A stretch of 64,000 nucleotides of DNA from Hormiphora californensis (Eukaryota; Animalia; Ctenophora), in assembly GCA_020137815.1 (NCBI GenBank), contig CM035356.1, positions 930,001 to 994,000 of the forward strand, in the 5' to 3' direction. Below the pieces are notes generated by a model. It saw only the letters and a program-made list of their open reading frames with translations, made no database searches and had not been told where the DNA came from. Positions 33,840 to 46,586 of the stretch are shown in pieces (within the stretch, counting starts at the first letter, position 1; each line of letters starts with the position of its first letter). Both the position numbers and the translations under genes were made by a program.

Positions 33840-35150
33840 CTCACCTCTCGACTCTTCTAACCCACCTTTGAAGCCCCTTCTAACCCAACTCTGAACCCTT
33901 CCTAAATCAACTCTTAATCCCTTTTAAACCACCTCTCGACCCCTACTAATTACTACCCCACTCCTCGAACCCTTCCAACCCACCCTTCAACCCCTTCTAA
34001 CAAATCTCTCAGCTCCCTAATAACCCACCTCCGGACCCCTTCTAACTTACCTCTCGACCCCTTTTAAACCACCCTTTGAACACTTTTAACCCAACTCTAG
34101 TACCATTCTGACCCACCTCTCGACCCCTAGTAACTCACCTCTGGGCCCCTTTTACCCCCCTTTTGGCCCCTTCTATCCCACCTCCCGACCTCTACTAACC
34201 CATCCCTCGACCCTTTCTAACCCACCTTCCGATAGGTGGGTTAGAAGGGGTCGGACCTTCTAATCCATCTCCCGTACCCCTTCTAACCCACCTCTCGACC
34301 CCTACTAACCCACGGCCACCCTTGGCCCCTTCTAACCCACCTCTCGACCCCTTCTAACTCATCTTTCAATCCACCTCTCGACCCCTTTTAATCCACCTCT
34401 CGACCTCTTTTAATCCACCTTTCGACCCCTTTTTACACACCTCTCGACCCCTTCTAACGACTAACCCACTTCTCGACCCCCCCACCCCCCCCCCCCCTTC
34501 TAACTTACCTCTAGACCCCTTCTAACTCACCCCTCGGCCTCTTCTAACTCACCCCTAGACCCCTTCTAACTCACCTCTCAACCCCTTTTAACCCACCCCA
34601 CGAGTCTCGGGTCTCCACCTCTTCTAACCCACCCCTAGACCCCTTCTAAGTCACCTCTCAACCCCTTTTTACCCACCTCTCCACCTCTACTAAGTACTTA
34701 CTCTTCCCTCGACCCCGTCTAACCCACCTCTCGACCCCTTCTAACTCATCTTTCAACCCCTTTTAGCCCACTTCTCGACCCCTACGAAGTAGTTACCCTT
34801 TCCTCGACCCCTTCTAACCCACCTCTCGACCCGTAGTAACTCACCGTGGACCCATTAGCCTTCTAAGTTTTAACCCACCTCTCGTACCCCTTCTAACCCA
34901 CCTCTCGAGTCTCGACCCCCTTTAACCTACCTCTCGTATCCCTTCCCTCGACCCCTTCTAAGTTATTACTCACCCCTCGACCTCTTCTAACCCAACTCTC
35001 AACCCCTTCTAACCCATCTCTCATACCCCTTCCAACCCATCTCTCGTATCCCAATTCTATCCCATCTCTGGACCTCTTTTAACCCACATCTCGACCCCTA
35101 CCAAACCACCAAATCTCTTGACCCTTTCTAACCTACTGCACCTCTCATCA
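33840..35150. repeat. Degenerate ~22-bp satellite (CCCACCTCTCGACCCCTTCTAA)n
   Basis: Dozens of diverged units with a strong C-rich strand bias. Confidence 0.9.
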
Positions 35151-37427
35151 CCTTTTATCCCATCTAGATTCTAACCTAGATATTATCTCTCTATCTCTCT
35201 ATCTAGAGATCTAATCTTTGCATCCCTAGATGCTATCTCTCCATCGCTAAATGCTACATCGCTATCAAGACCAACATCGCCATCTCCAACATTCATGTTA
35301 GTACCCCACCCTAATTTTAAACCCCATCATCATTTTATTACCCCATCTCTCAGTTAGCCCACGCTACCTCTCACTCTCAACTACTCAGGAGTCAGGTACC
35401 CTATTTCTCTCCCTCCCCCTTCCCAAAAAGAGAGGGTACACCGTGCCCAACAATTAGCCCACATCACCTCTCACTCTCACTTACTCAAACACTATGTCTC
35501 AAGTACCCGGCATCTCTACCACCCTACCCGTTGGGTCCCCCACGCTGCTAGATACCTATGAAATTTTGCTAGATGCCCCTAAAACCCCCCTAAATACACC
35601 AATACATCCACTAGAAACCCCTCGGACTCTACAAAATACCCCTCAGAGCATTATTCACGAACGGACACTATCACACCATGTCATACTTACAAGCGGACAC
35701 ACACTAACATCGTTACTAAAATCTCTGTCTTTTCTCAGGTATTATTGACCACGTTAGACCTTCCACGACCTTCCCCACGAAAACTTTAAATTGCCAAGGT
35801 TTGTGATGAACTACAACAACATGGACACCTGAAACTCGCCATTTTCCAGGTACAGTGTTGTCTTGTTCGACCCTCCTTCCCCGAACAAAACCAGTACAGT
35901 GTGGGAGCGGCCAAAATTCACGTGGGAGTCACGTGACACAACGTTAATTAATGTGCACTATCTCTCTCTATCTCTCAAATATGTAACGGTTTTCAATTCA
36001 GGTGTGATCATTACGGCAGACGAGTTCACTCTTCCTATGGTTCCCACAATCAAGGGAGGGAGGGAACATGTTTTTTCATCATCACGGGACTGTTGAAGTC
36101 GGTTAAGGCACCCACGGAGCTAAGCCGTAATCTCCCTGCTGTGCATCAAGCTAACATTGGTCCTTAGATGGCCCTACCTCTGCTGATGACTGTAAACTGC
36201 AAGGATTTCAGTGCAGTGGAGACATTGATTGTCAAATCTACTATCCTGGAGCCCCATGAACAAGTTTAATGTGTAAGAGTGACTCTTGTATATTCGTAAT
36301 TTCCCAATAATAGTTCCCCTCAATGTGCTGTATGTGTCTAGAGAGAGGGCTTGAGGAGACGAGTATTTTAATTTTAATTTAGGTGGACCCATAAAGGGAA
36401 GATCTATATATATATAATAGTGTCACCATTACTTTATTTGTAAACCTGTAAACCTGTATTTTTTTGTAACATGATTTTTCCAAGTTTAGTTTCTTCACCT
36501 TGAAAATTGTTGTTTTGTTCGAACAAGGCAAGAAAGTTGCTCATGATGTCTTTAAAAACAACCCCAACACCGATTGGCATCACTTTTCCAGCAGCCCTCA
36601 TGTCCAATTTGCCACAGTTTGATATATCTTTACGTCGCGCGCGTTTGTTAAACCTCTTATCGAAAGTCCATGTTAGTCAGCATTTGATAACCGCGCGTAC
36701 GACCCCCTAGGCCCTTTAGGGCCTGTAGCATAGGCCAAGGTGGTCATTTTTCGCTCTCCTTTTTGTTACTTTTTTTTCGCTCCCTCACTCTGCAGAACCC
36801 TTGAATGGCGCAATCCAAGGGTAGCGTGTGACTGTAGTTTAGAAACCCCAGCACAAGGGAGCTTTTCAAGAGGAATCTAACTCCGCGCAACCGGATTTAT
36901 CTTTCTATCTTGTCGGGAAGTCTGACTTAGGTCTCTTAATTTTTGCTCATTTTTGGTGCGTGAGCAAATCAGAGGCCTGCAGGCCCTGGATTTCGAAACT
37001 CTCAGCCTTATTCCAATGTGCTCAGTCTGCACATAAAGCGTTGGATATGCTCAACATTGTGTGTTCACGTGATCAGTGACCAGGGCACTCAACACTCAGT
37101 GTGATTGCTGAGAGACGCTCAATCAGTAAATCAGTAAGGAGTAGTGAGACAATTCTGTGTTGCTTAGATATCAGTGTGTCTCTGTGTGTAGATTAAACTC
37201 AACGTTGTGCTGTAGGTATCTGATATGTAGAGGGACGAATCACGAAAAGACAGATTTGTAAAAATGGAAAACAAGAAAACTTCGCGGATAAAAGGTTCGT
37301 AATCAAAAAAACATACAACATCACTGACGACGGCTTGCATACATATCACGTAACGACTACGTCACAACTTTTTAGAAGAGGCGGCATGCGTGTCTGGCAA
37401 ATAACACTGTCACTATTTCTAACATTT

Positions 37428-37491
<64 letters not shown>

Positions 37492-37501
37492 CCTCTCTCT
37501 C

Positions 37502-37570
<69 letters not shown>

Positions 37571-37693
37571 ATCTCTCTCTCCCGTCTCCTGTGTCTCCAT
37601 CTGTAAGCCAACCAATCCACACGACAGGCCGTTGTTTGCTTTTCCCTCTTCACAAGTTTGACAGCATTCATTCTATATTTGCTATTTGATATC

Positions 37694-38221
37694 TCAATAT
37701 TTGATATCCCTGAACAACATGTCCACTGGCCGGGTCAGCAAAACTAAAGGTACAGTGTAGCCGGGTCAGCAAAACGAAAGGTACAGTGTAGCAGCAGTTA
37801 CCCATCCAGGAAATGGTCTAGAAGGAACCCGATTGTGAATATTGCTCCGACTATAAACATTCCCAGTGTCGCTAAGTACAAACACACCTTCTTCTCTAGC
37901 GGGTTATTGGCATTGTAAAGGTCTTCCCTGTTAACCTGAAATATGTAGAACTTGTTGTTCAACGATAATATCAAAACTGTACTTCAGGGTACACCGACCG
38001 AAATTACAGTGAGAGATTGCCCTGCACTCGAAAAAAATTCGGTCGGTGTAATGTATTTTGACGTCATAACGTTGTAAAATTATGACGTCGTAATATGACG
38101 TCACAGTGACTAATGATAATAGGTCACCTACCCCTTTAATGGTTGTTTCTCGAGATTTCTGTGCGGGAAGTGTTTTGTACGCAACCTCATTCTGCTCTCT
38201 CACAATGCCCAGATTAGTCAT
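37694..38221 (-). CDS. Putative 79-aa single-pass membrane microprotein; exons 38221-38132, 37935-37802, 37709-37694
   Basis: In-phase GT-AG exons give MTNLGIVREQNEVAYKTLPAQKSRETTIKG-VNREDLYNANNPLEKKVCLYLATLGMFIVGAIFTIGFLLDHFLDG-DIKY*. An AG acceptor lies just before the ATG, and there is one ~23-aa hydrophobic segment. Confidence 0.55.
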
Positions 38222-38455
38222 CCTAATGCACAGTGGAATTAGAGTCGGAACAACAAAGACTCATAAAATGAAATATTTTCTAAAAATGACATTACAATTA
38301 TGTAGTAACACACGCAACAATTCTCAATTTTCGATCAATGAGTCATGAGATCAGGCAGCCCCGGGGGGGGGGGGTATCATGCGTGTGCGTGGGTGAGTGT
38401 CTACCTAGATAGAGGTAGAAATAGTATCTAGCACCTAACTCTCCCAACATTTCAG

Positions 38456-38775
38456 CGATAATATGGGTGGTTCTGATGGACAAGAAGAAACAGAAGATCA
38501 CAGCGGGACGAGATTGTGATCAGGTAATATAATGCACCATTCGTGTTATGGCCCGATTGCTACTTGTCCCTTCATTGTTTTGGTCTAATTGCTACTTGTG
38601 GCCTTCAAATTTATTTAGTAAATATTCATTTCGTAAACCTGAGCTTCATATTTTTTTTCTCTGACAGGTAACTGCGGGTGAGCTGAGAGATGCTTGTTGT
38701 AGAAAACTGAGAATAAGCTCAGATGGCGCAGAGGCCTTCGCAATATGGATTTGCTCCCCACTTCTTCGTAAGTCG

Positions 38776-38851
<76 letters not shown>

Positions 38852-40134
38852 TTCTCCGTGAAGAGTACGTTGCCAAATATTACGATACCGCTGGGCTTAC
38901 ATAAACCACAATCTATCTATTAACGTGTATGCCAAGTGATTCCAACGACCGCTTCACGGAAGGCAGCATGATAAATTAATGATGGAACCTGTGTTGGCTA
39001 CGGTCATCATTAATTATGAGAAATAACTGGGGAGGCAGCCTACTAGTTATTTCTCAGAATTAATGATGGAATGATTGAAAAGTATTAATTCTAATGTGTG
39101 ATATTTTTAGAGATCCAGATGAAGCCATCACATTACCCCACTGCCCTGTGCGACTTATGGTACGATCTACTAGCACAGTTCTCCCCAGTAACAGAGAGTC
39201 AGGCCAAATCAGGTATGGCAATACCACACCCTCTCTCAAACCCGTCCTTCCTCAGACCATCCCTCTATCGCCCCTACCTCTTCATTTTTTCTAAGACACC
39301 TCAGACCCCCATCTGTTTTCTCCCCCATCAACAAACCCCTACTATATTTCCCTCAGACACCTCACCCCTCCCTCGCCCTACTTCATCCCTCCTGCTCCAC
39401 TCTCTCATTATCATCTGACATCCCCCTCCTTATCCTATATTTCCCTCAGACCAGCCGATTATAATGCTGATGAGGAATGTGTTTTACCCGCTCAGTCAGG
39501 AAAAGATGCTGATACAGAGGGATCCCCAGGCCAGATATTATCTAACTGCCGAGTCAATGTTCAACTTCCTTACCGGCAGGTAGGGAGAGATTCACCATAT
39601 ATTATGTTCTAACCCTCCTTTACACACGAAAAAAACTAAACTGCCTATCTGACCCTACCCCCCCCCCCCCTGGACGTCCCACCTCATTCAAGTGGAAAGG
39701 TTGAACTTCAATCCTACCTCAGGTACCCTGTAGAAGACGAGTTAGCTTTCAAGCTGGCAGCCATCCAATTGAAAATGGAAGGTAAAAAGATGTCAAACTT
39801 CCCTCCTGGCACCCTTCAGTAAGTCAAAACAGTAGGTAGTTTTACATAGTTTTACTAGTTACAACTTACATACTGCAGAACACCATGCACTCCACCTCAC
39901 TCTTAGAAGTAAGAGATATAGCAAAATACTTTTATTCACTCACAAACCACTAACCACTCCTCCTCTCCCACAGAAACATAGCTAACCAGATCCTGCCCTG
40001 GGACGTTATAAAAAGGAACAAAAAACAGTCTCCCATCATTGACAAGAAGATTCCGAGGCAACAAAACCCGGGGAGCCAACACCACCCCCCGGGGACCCAG
40101 TTTAAACCTGTTTTTTTCAAATGTAAAAACAAAT

Positions 40135-40203
<69 letters not shown>

Positions 40204-43200
40204 TTTTTTTTTTTTTTTTTGTGTTGGTGTTCCCCCCCTTTTTTCTGAAAAAACCAGATTTCCCACACATTTGCTCCACACAAAGACATCATCACGACAC
40301 CCCATCCTACAGACAGTAAAACAACCTTCCTCCAGGTGGGGGCCTTTTCCAAGGCCCTTTTTGAGGGGGTTGAACAAAAAGGATTCCCAGAAAGGGGTGG
40401 CCACCCCACAAAACTTTTTTACGGGAATAAGTTCACAAAATTAAATAGGGGTTTAAAAACTTTTTTTACAGTTAAAATACTCGGGTTGACATTCTTTCCC
40501 CCCCGAAACTTGAAATTAAGTTTCACGCAACGTCCCAAAATTTTTGAGTTGGGGGGAGAAAGAGAATCTGCAATTTTTAACTAAACTGTATCCTTTGTCC
40601 TTTTTCCCTTTCAGAGGGCTATTTTTTGTCTTCACCATACGATACCTGTATGAGTGTGTGTAAATGTAGATGTTTGTTTGTTTTTTAGGCGTGTGTTAGG
40701 TGTTTGTGGTGGTTTTTGTTTCGAGCTCGGGGGAAATTGTTTTACATTACCTCATCGTGAACTCCTTATTGGGGCGAAGTTTGAACAGGGGTTCCATAAT
40801 AGGGGGGAAGCAACCATACTCTCTCTCTCTCTCTCTCTCCCCCCTCTCTCCCCTCTCTCTCTCTCTCTATCTCTCCCCTTTTTCCCCTTTTTCTCTCTCT
40901 CTTTCTCTCCTCTTTTCTCTCTCTCTCTCTCTTCTCTCTCTCTCCTCTCCTCTCCCCCCCCTTTTTTCCCCTCTCCCCCCTCCCCCCTCTCTCTCTCTCC
41001 CCCCCTCCATCCTTTTTCTCTTTCCCCCCCTTTTCCCCCCCCCTCTTTTCCTCTCCCCCTCTTTCTCTCTCTCTCTCCTCTCCCTCCTCCCCCCCCCGGG
41101 CCCCTCTTTTTTTCTCTTCTCTCTCTCCCACCCTCCTCTTTTTAATGCCCCCCTCTCCTCTCTCTCCTCCCTTTTCCCCTCCTTTTCTCTCCTCCCCCTT
41201 TCTCTCTTGGCCCTCCTCCCCCCTTCCCCCCTTTATCTCTTCCTTTAAGGGTAGGAGAAAAGGGACTGTTAAAGAGGATGAGAGGTCCTGAGATTCAATG
41301 GACCGGGGCTCCCCACCTTCCCAAATATAATCCCAGCCCTCACCTCTCCCATCAACTCCAACCCTCCGAAACTTGACCTCTCCCGAAACAGTTGTCATAC
41401 TTTATGACTCTAACGTCGTGCACGCTGCCCCGTTCAGCTTTGTAAGTCAGTAAGTTCGACGAAGGCAGTCTTTTGTGAGACAACGAAATAGACGCACGCT
41501 TCGACACCTTTAGGTATTACCGAATTCCGCAAGTGCAGCGTCGCTTTTCTTTCCCAGTAGAAGCCCGCAAAACCTTGCATGCTAGAGGTGTCGCAGAATC
41601 AGGAGCTACTGACTCTAGAGAGAGAGAGAGAAAGAGACTAGAGACTAGAGAAGGAGAGAGAGAATTATAGAAAGAGAGTGAGAGAGAGAATTAGAGAAAT
41701 AGAAAGATATTAAAGAAGGAGAGAGAGAGAGGAATGTGTTTCTCATACAAATTGTACAAGCTTCACATGCACTCAGAATATATAATGGAGGTTTCGGGGG
41801 AGAGGGGACGTCAAATGTGTATAAATTCTTCGTGCGAGAGAGTGTGAATCTAGGGTATGTTTTGTAGGTTTCAATTTTAGTCTGTACGTCATAGTATCAC
41901 AGCTGCTATTGAGCAACTCATTGAAAACTTCCATGGACAGTAACAAAGACCACCTTTGTGATACAACTTTATTGCGTGTTTGTGAGTTCAACACTTCACT
42001 GAGTCTTTACAAAAGAGCAATTGTGTGTTTCAAACAGAGGGAAAGAGAGAGATGTGGGAGGAATAGAGAGAGGGATGTGGGAAAGTTGTTCAAAGACAGT
42101 TTCGGTGGGAAGAAAAAACAACTCGATATTATACTTAACCTTCCATATATCAACTAACAACTTCTTTAATTAGCCATTAATTAATACATTTCTACAGAAA
42201 CTGATCCAGATAATTGCTAGCAAAGATGTCTCATCAACCGTAGGTTCATTCCCATACCACTTTTTTAAGCATAGCACATTCCTTCAAAAAGTTCAAGTTC
42301 ACGTTCATTGTTCAAGTTCATTCCCTCAAAGTTTCAAATATTTCACCTTTTACGAGCACATTCCAGATTCCTTCAAGATGTAGCACACACACAGCCCAAT
42401 TTACCCAACTAATATTGTAGTGGGGGAGGCACATTAGCGGGAGACATCAAGTCTGTACTCTGTAGTCTGTACTCTGTTATAACAGAAGAATTGCTTTGTC
42501 CTCACCACTTTATCATCATCTATTAGCCGACCACTTTCTCTCTCTATCTTTCTCCCTTTTTATTTCTTTATTTCTTTCTCTCCTTTTTCTCCTCGATAAG
42601 GCATTATTGAAAGTACGCACCAGTTTTTCTGCCCCCACACACCTTTCTCTATGTACTGCTAGTAGTTTATTAGAGGCCAGTAAAGGAAGGGCAGCAAGAT
42701 AGATTGTATCTTACATAGAAGAAATACCTTAGATCCCTGTTATACCCAGTACACTAATTTGATTGTTCCATTTCAGAAACTCATGACGACTGTTGAAAGT
42801 AAGAATGTTACAGAGGCTAACCTTGCAGAAGGTATTGTTATTACACACTCTCGAAACGTATTGTAGAGATTCTGAGTGAAATCTCTTAGAAAATCATAAT
42901 AGTTTCCGAGAAATTGAAGTCTGAGTGAGTTAAAAACGCCCAAATTGTTATAATTTGCTGCATATGGAGTGTTAAAACTGTAGCTTCTTGCTGACATGAG
43001 AATAAATTCTAAACTCCCTCACAAAGCAAAACTATCTTCCTCGAACTTTATACCCCCTTCCTTGTGTGACTCACATGGCATTTTATTTTCTCTTCGGTAT
43101 AAGTCAACTCCTTCCTCCACACAGGACCAGACAAGGACGATGCAATGGACGCTTTCATAATACACTTTAATATCATTGGAGCTGTCAAGAAACAATCAAA

Positions 43201-43583
43201 AACTGCTGTTCCTATCTTCTCTAAACAGGTGAATTCACTACGGCCCTTCTGACTTCTCAGTATCAGTAGGTCCATCAGTGACAGATTCCCTCCCAGACCA
43301 CTAGACCAGTGTCAGGTCCCTCTCAGGCCCTCTCGACGTGGTACCCTCTCTATAATTTTAACTTTCCTAACTCAAATCTGAATACTCCTAGTTTTTACCA
43401 CCCCTTCCTTCTATACAGGCATGTATGATGAACGCTATGTACAGTCGACTAAAGGATGAGAATCACCTGCACAGCGACAAGAACACGACATCAACACTAC
43501 ACACAACAGTTACAAGCACTGATACTGATGGGGCCTTGGGACGAAATATGGACTTCTCTAATCCAACCCTTAAAATAGGTTAG
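38456..43583 (+). CDS. FRMD8: FRMD8 (iTAP)-like FERM-domain protein. Clear exons 38456-38523, 38668-38767, 39111-39212, 39450-39579, 39723-39818, 39974-?, 43104-43228, 43419-43583; middle exons are garbled and the first exon is uncertain (possibly ending near 37134)
   Basis: EAFAIWICSPLLQIQMKPSHYPTALCDLWYDLLAQF..DQPIIMLMRNVFYPLSQEK..FLTGRYPVEDELAFKLAAIQL..VPIFSKQACMMNAM resembles remembered FRMD8 (FALWLVSPLLEVQLKPKH, DEPFLQFRRNVFFP, KIYSKQAELM). KRIT1 is the related alternative, but no ankyrin part is seen. Confidence 0.75.
40130..41250. other. Low-quality, low-complexity stretch (long poly-T, degenerate CT) disrupting FRMD8-like exons
   Basis: An ~85-nt T-rich run and homopolymer-inflated sequence; the reading frame degrades here. 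Confidence 0.75.
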
Positions 43584-44501
43584 TTTGAACTAAAATATCT
43601 GAATCTGAACATTCATGGACTGCTGCTCTGAATTTGTTCGTCATTTCGGCCAAGTCGAGTCACGCTGTGTCTCAAAGTTTTCTGCGCGCGCTCGACACAC
43701 GCAACTTGGACAGAGTGTTAGCACTTCGGTTTTGGTCGCGCACTCAAAATTCACAGCCCTCATGGTTTAAAAAACAGTGTGAGCGCCCTCAAATCTGACC
43801 TCGCCGTTTTATGACGGCGCTGACCTGACACTGTCAAAACGTGGTCTTGACACACTCCATATTTCCAGGGACGAAAGAAGTTGCAGTGGCGACAAAGCAT
43901 ATAAGCAAGAAAGAGAATATCCGAGGATTGACATTCAGCGAGGATGGGAAAATGAAGAAAATGAAGATTCGACAAGGAGGGAAACAGGAATTACAATTTG
44001 ACGTGTAATGATAGACTGTGAACTTAATAAAATGTCAGTTCTTTTTAGAGTACTGTAGATCGAATTTTACACAAGACTTTATTCATGCAACTAGAATAAT
44101 ACGGGAATGGTGTTTGTTTAAAAAGAGAGCTATGATAACTGTAAGGCATGTCTTGTTCCTTTACTGCTACACTCAACAGTCGTGCCCTATTACATAAGTC
44201 TGTTCAATTAACTGGTTGATTAAGGGGTGGAGACCTCTCACCCCTTACTCAACAAGTCCAAACCGTTATAGTCATCTGTCAGATACTCAAACAGAGAGGG
44301 AGAGAGAGGGGTAAATTAGCCTGTGATGAAAACTGTGAATGTGATGTGTACAGGATAAATGTTTGAAAAATAAAATTATTCGATGCTGTTTTATGTTAAA
44401 ATATGTACACTCTTATTTTGAAATGTTGTATTTTGCTTTTAGATTCCGAGGTGTACTGCACCCGTTGATTAAAAATTGACACTGTTTGAACTTATTAGAA
44501 T

Positions 44502-46521
44502 GACCAGAGGTTTCACTCTGCTAGTATAGTCAGAGTAAGTGACTGGGGTGCATATGTCTCCTGTGATTTTACGGGTTATTGTATTGGACTCTGTTGTAGT
44601 TTTGGAGTGTGTGGGTGTGTTTAGAAACCGTGTCGGACACCCATATCCTGCCGGTATAGTAGGTTTGGATGATATTTGGTCGTGTATGAATCCTAGCGGG
44701 TCGAGATTTTAGTCCCCAGCGTTTGTTTATGAGGTAGTTTAGTGGTCTGGCTGCTAGCGTTTTGTTTTTGTTATTTATTCTTATATGATGTTTTTGAAGA
44801 TAAGTTTTGTCGGGTCGACTCCTAGGTATGGTGCGAATGTTTGTATTGGAGAGGTCGTTGGTTAGTTGGATATGTTTTAGGGATATTTTTTGGTGGGAGT
44901 TATGGAACGCAACGATGTTAGTTTTGGCGCGTGCTTATTTAGAACCCGCTTGTTGCACCCATGCGGTTATTATTTCATCTGTTCGACAATGATGTCGTTG
45001 CATGGTGGTGTTGAGCGTCAGACCGGTGATTATGAGACGATGTCGTCGGCCGTAGCGTAGAGTATATGAGGTCAAGGTTGGCTGCAGTTAGTGGGATTGT
45101 GTTCATAATAGATTCCGGAGAAGGGGATTAGTATGCCTCCTGGGGGTGCCTCTATGGATTTTGTGTTCTAGGTTTTCCCACCAGTCTAGTATAACTTTCA
45201 TTGGCCCAGTTTGATCGTTACAGCTTTAAAGTCGAACCGTGGACACTTTTAAAATGTCTTTAGCGACACCTGAAGATGACCTTATGATGAGAGCCAGTGG
45301 GCCCGAGTGACTCCTCACAGTACGTTTAGAGAATACCTTGCTGCCACCACGAGGGTTCACTCACTTTACATGGACGACCTTTGTGTGTAGATTTATAGGG
45401 GATCCTTACCTTTCAATTTTCATCCTTGAATAACTGTAACATACATACTATATACTATGATATAAGACGAAATTCCAAATTTCATATAGCTACTGGATGA
45501 CAAAAGCTTCGATAATCGATATGAATGTGATGGGCACTAGGTGTGGTCCAGGTCAGTGGTTGTGTGGAAGATACATCCAGAAAGATACCAAGACGTGAGC
45601 GTTGCTTTTGATGCTCCTGTATCTCAATGCGATAATTGGAGTTGTACTACTCTCTTTAAAACTGTAAGTTGAATTCTGGATTTATCACCTCATCTCTTCT
45701 CATCTCTCTACATCTCTCTCTAGATCTAGCTATAGACCTCTCTCTAGACCTCTCTCTAGACCTCTCTATAGATCTCTCCCTAGATTCTCTCAGGCCATTA
45801 AGATTCTCCATCTTAGATCTCCATCTCTAGATCTCATCTCTAGATCTCCATCTCTAGATCTCCATCTCTAGATCTCCATCTCTAGATCTCCATCTCTAGA
45901 TCTCCATACTCTAGATCTCCATCTCTAGATCTCCATCTCTAGATCTCCATCCTCTAGATCTCCATCTCTAGATCTCCATCTCTAGATCTCCATCTCTAGA
46001 TCTCCATCTCTAGATCTCCATCTCTAGATCTCCATCTCTAGATCTCCATCTCTAGATCTCCATCTCTAGATCTCCATACTCTAGATCTCCATCTCTCGAT
46101 CTCCATTCTAGATCTCCATCTCTGACTCCATCTCTAGATCTCCATCTCTAGTCTCCATCGCTAGATCTCCATCTCTACCGATCTCATCTATAGATCTCCA
46201 TCTCTAGATCTCCATCTATAGGATTCACATCTATAGATCTCCATCCTAGATCTCCATATCTAGATCTACATCTCTAGCTCTCAATCTCTAGTCTCCTCTC
46301 CATCTCTCTCTAGCCTATCTCTCTAGATCTCCCATCTCCATCCTCCAATCTCCACGATAATGTGAACCCTGCGCTGTGTAGTTCTGATGTGGGAGGGGGG
46401 GGGGATATTCTACTAGTTGCGGCGAGGCCCCTGTAGGCTTGCACGTTGGAAAGACCAGCACTCCGTAGATAGATAGATAGATTCATTCTCTATCTTCTCT
46501 CTCTCTCTCTCTCCTCTTCTC

Positions 46522-46586
<65 letters not shown>

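Larger units (their letters stand above)
28465..36715. mobile_element. Probable PIF/Harbinger-type non-autonomous element (~8.2 kb including nested insertions)
   Basis: 26-bp TIRs with 22/26 identity (GGGGCCTGGGGGTTGGTACGCGCGGT vs revcomp AGGGCCTAGGGGGTCGTACGCGCGGT). It interrupts the second copy of a local tandem unit at its TTA: the unit ...cggcttc-TTA-gggcctgtagcataggccaa resumes at 36716. The left TSD is imperfect and no transposase was recognised. Confidence 0.6.

Noticed and set aside
39950-40409. Poly-Lys and poly-Phe ORFs
   Set aside because: They derive from a poly-T run in low-quality sequence.
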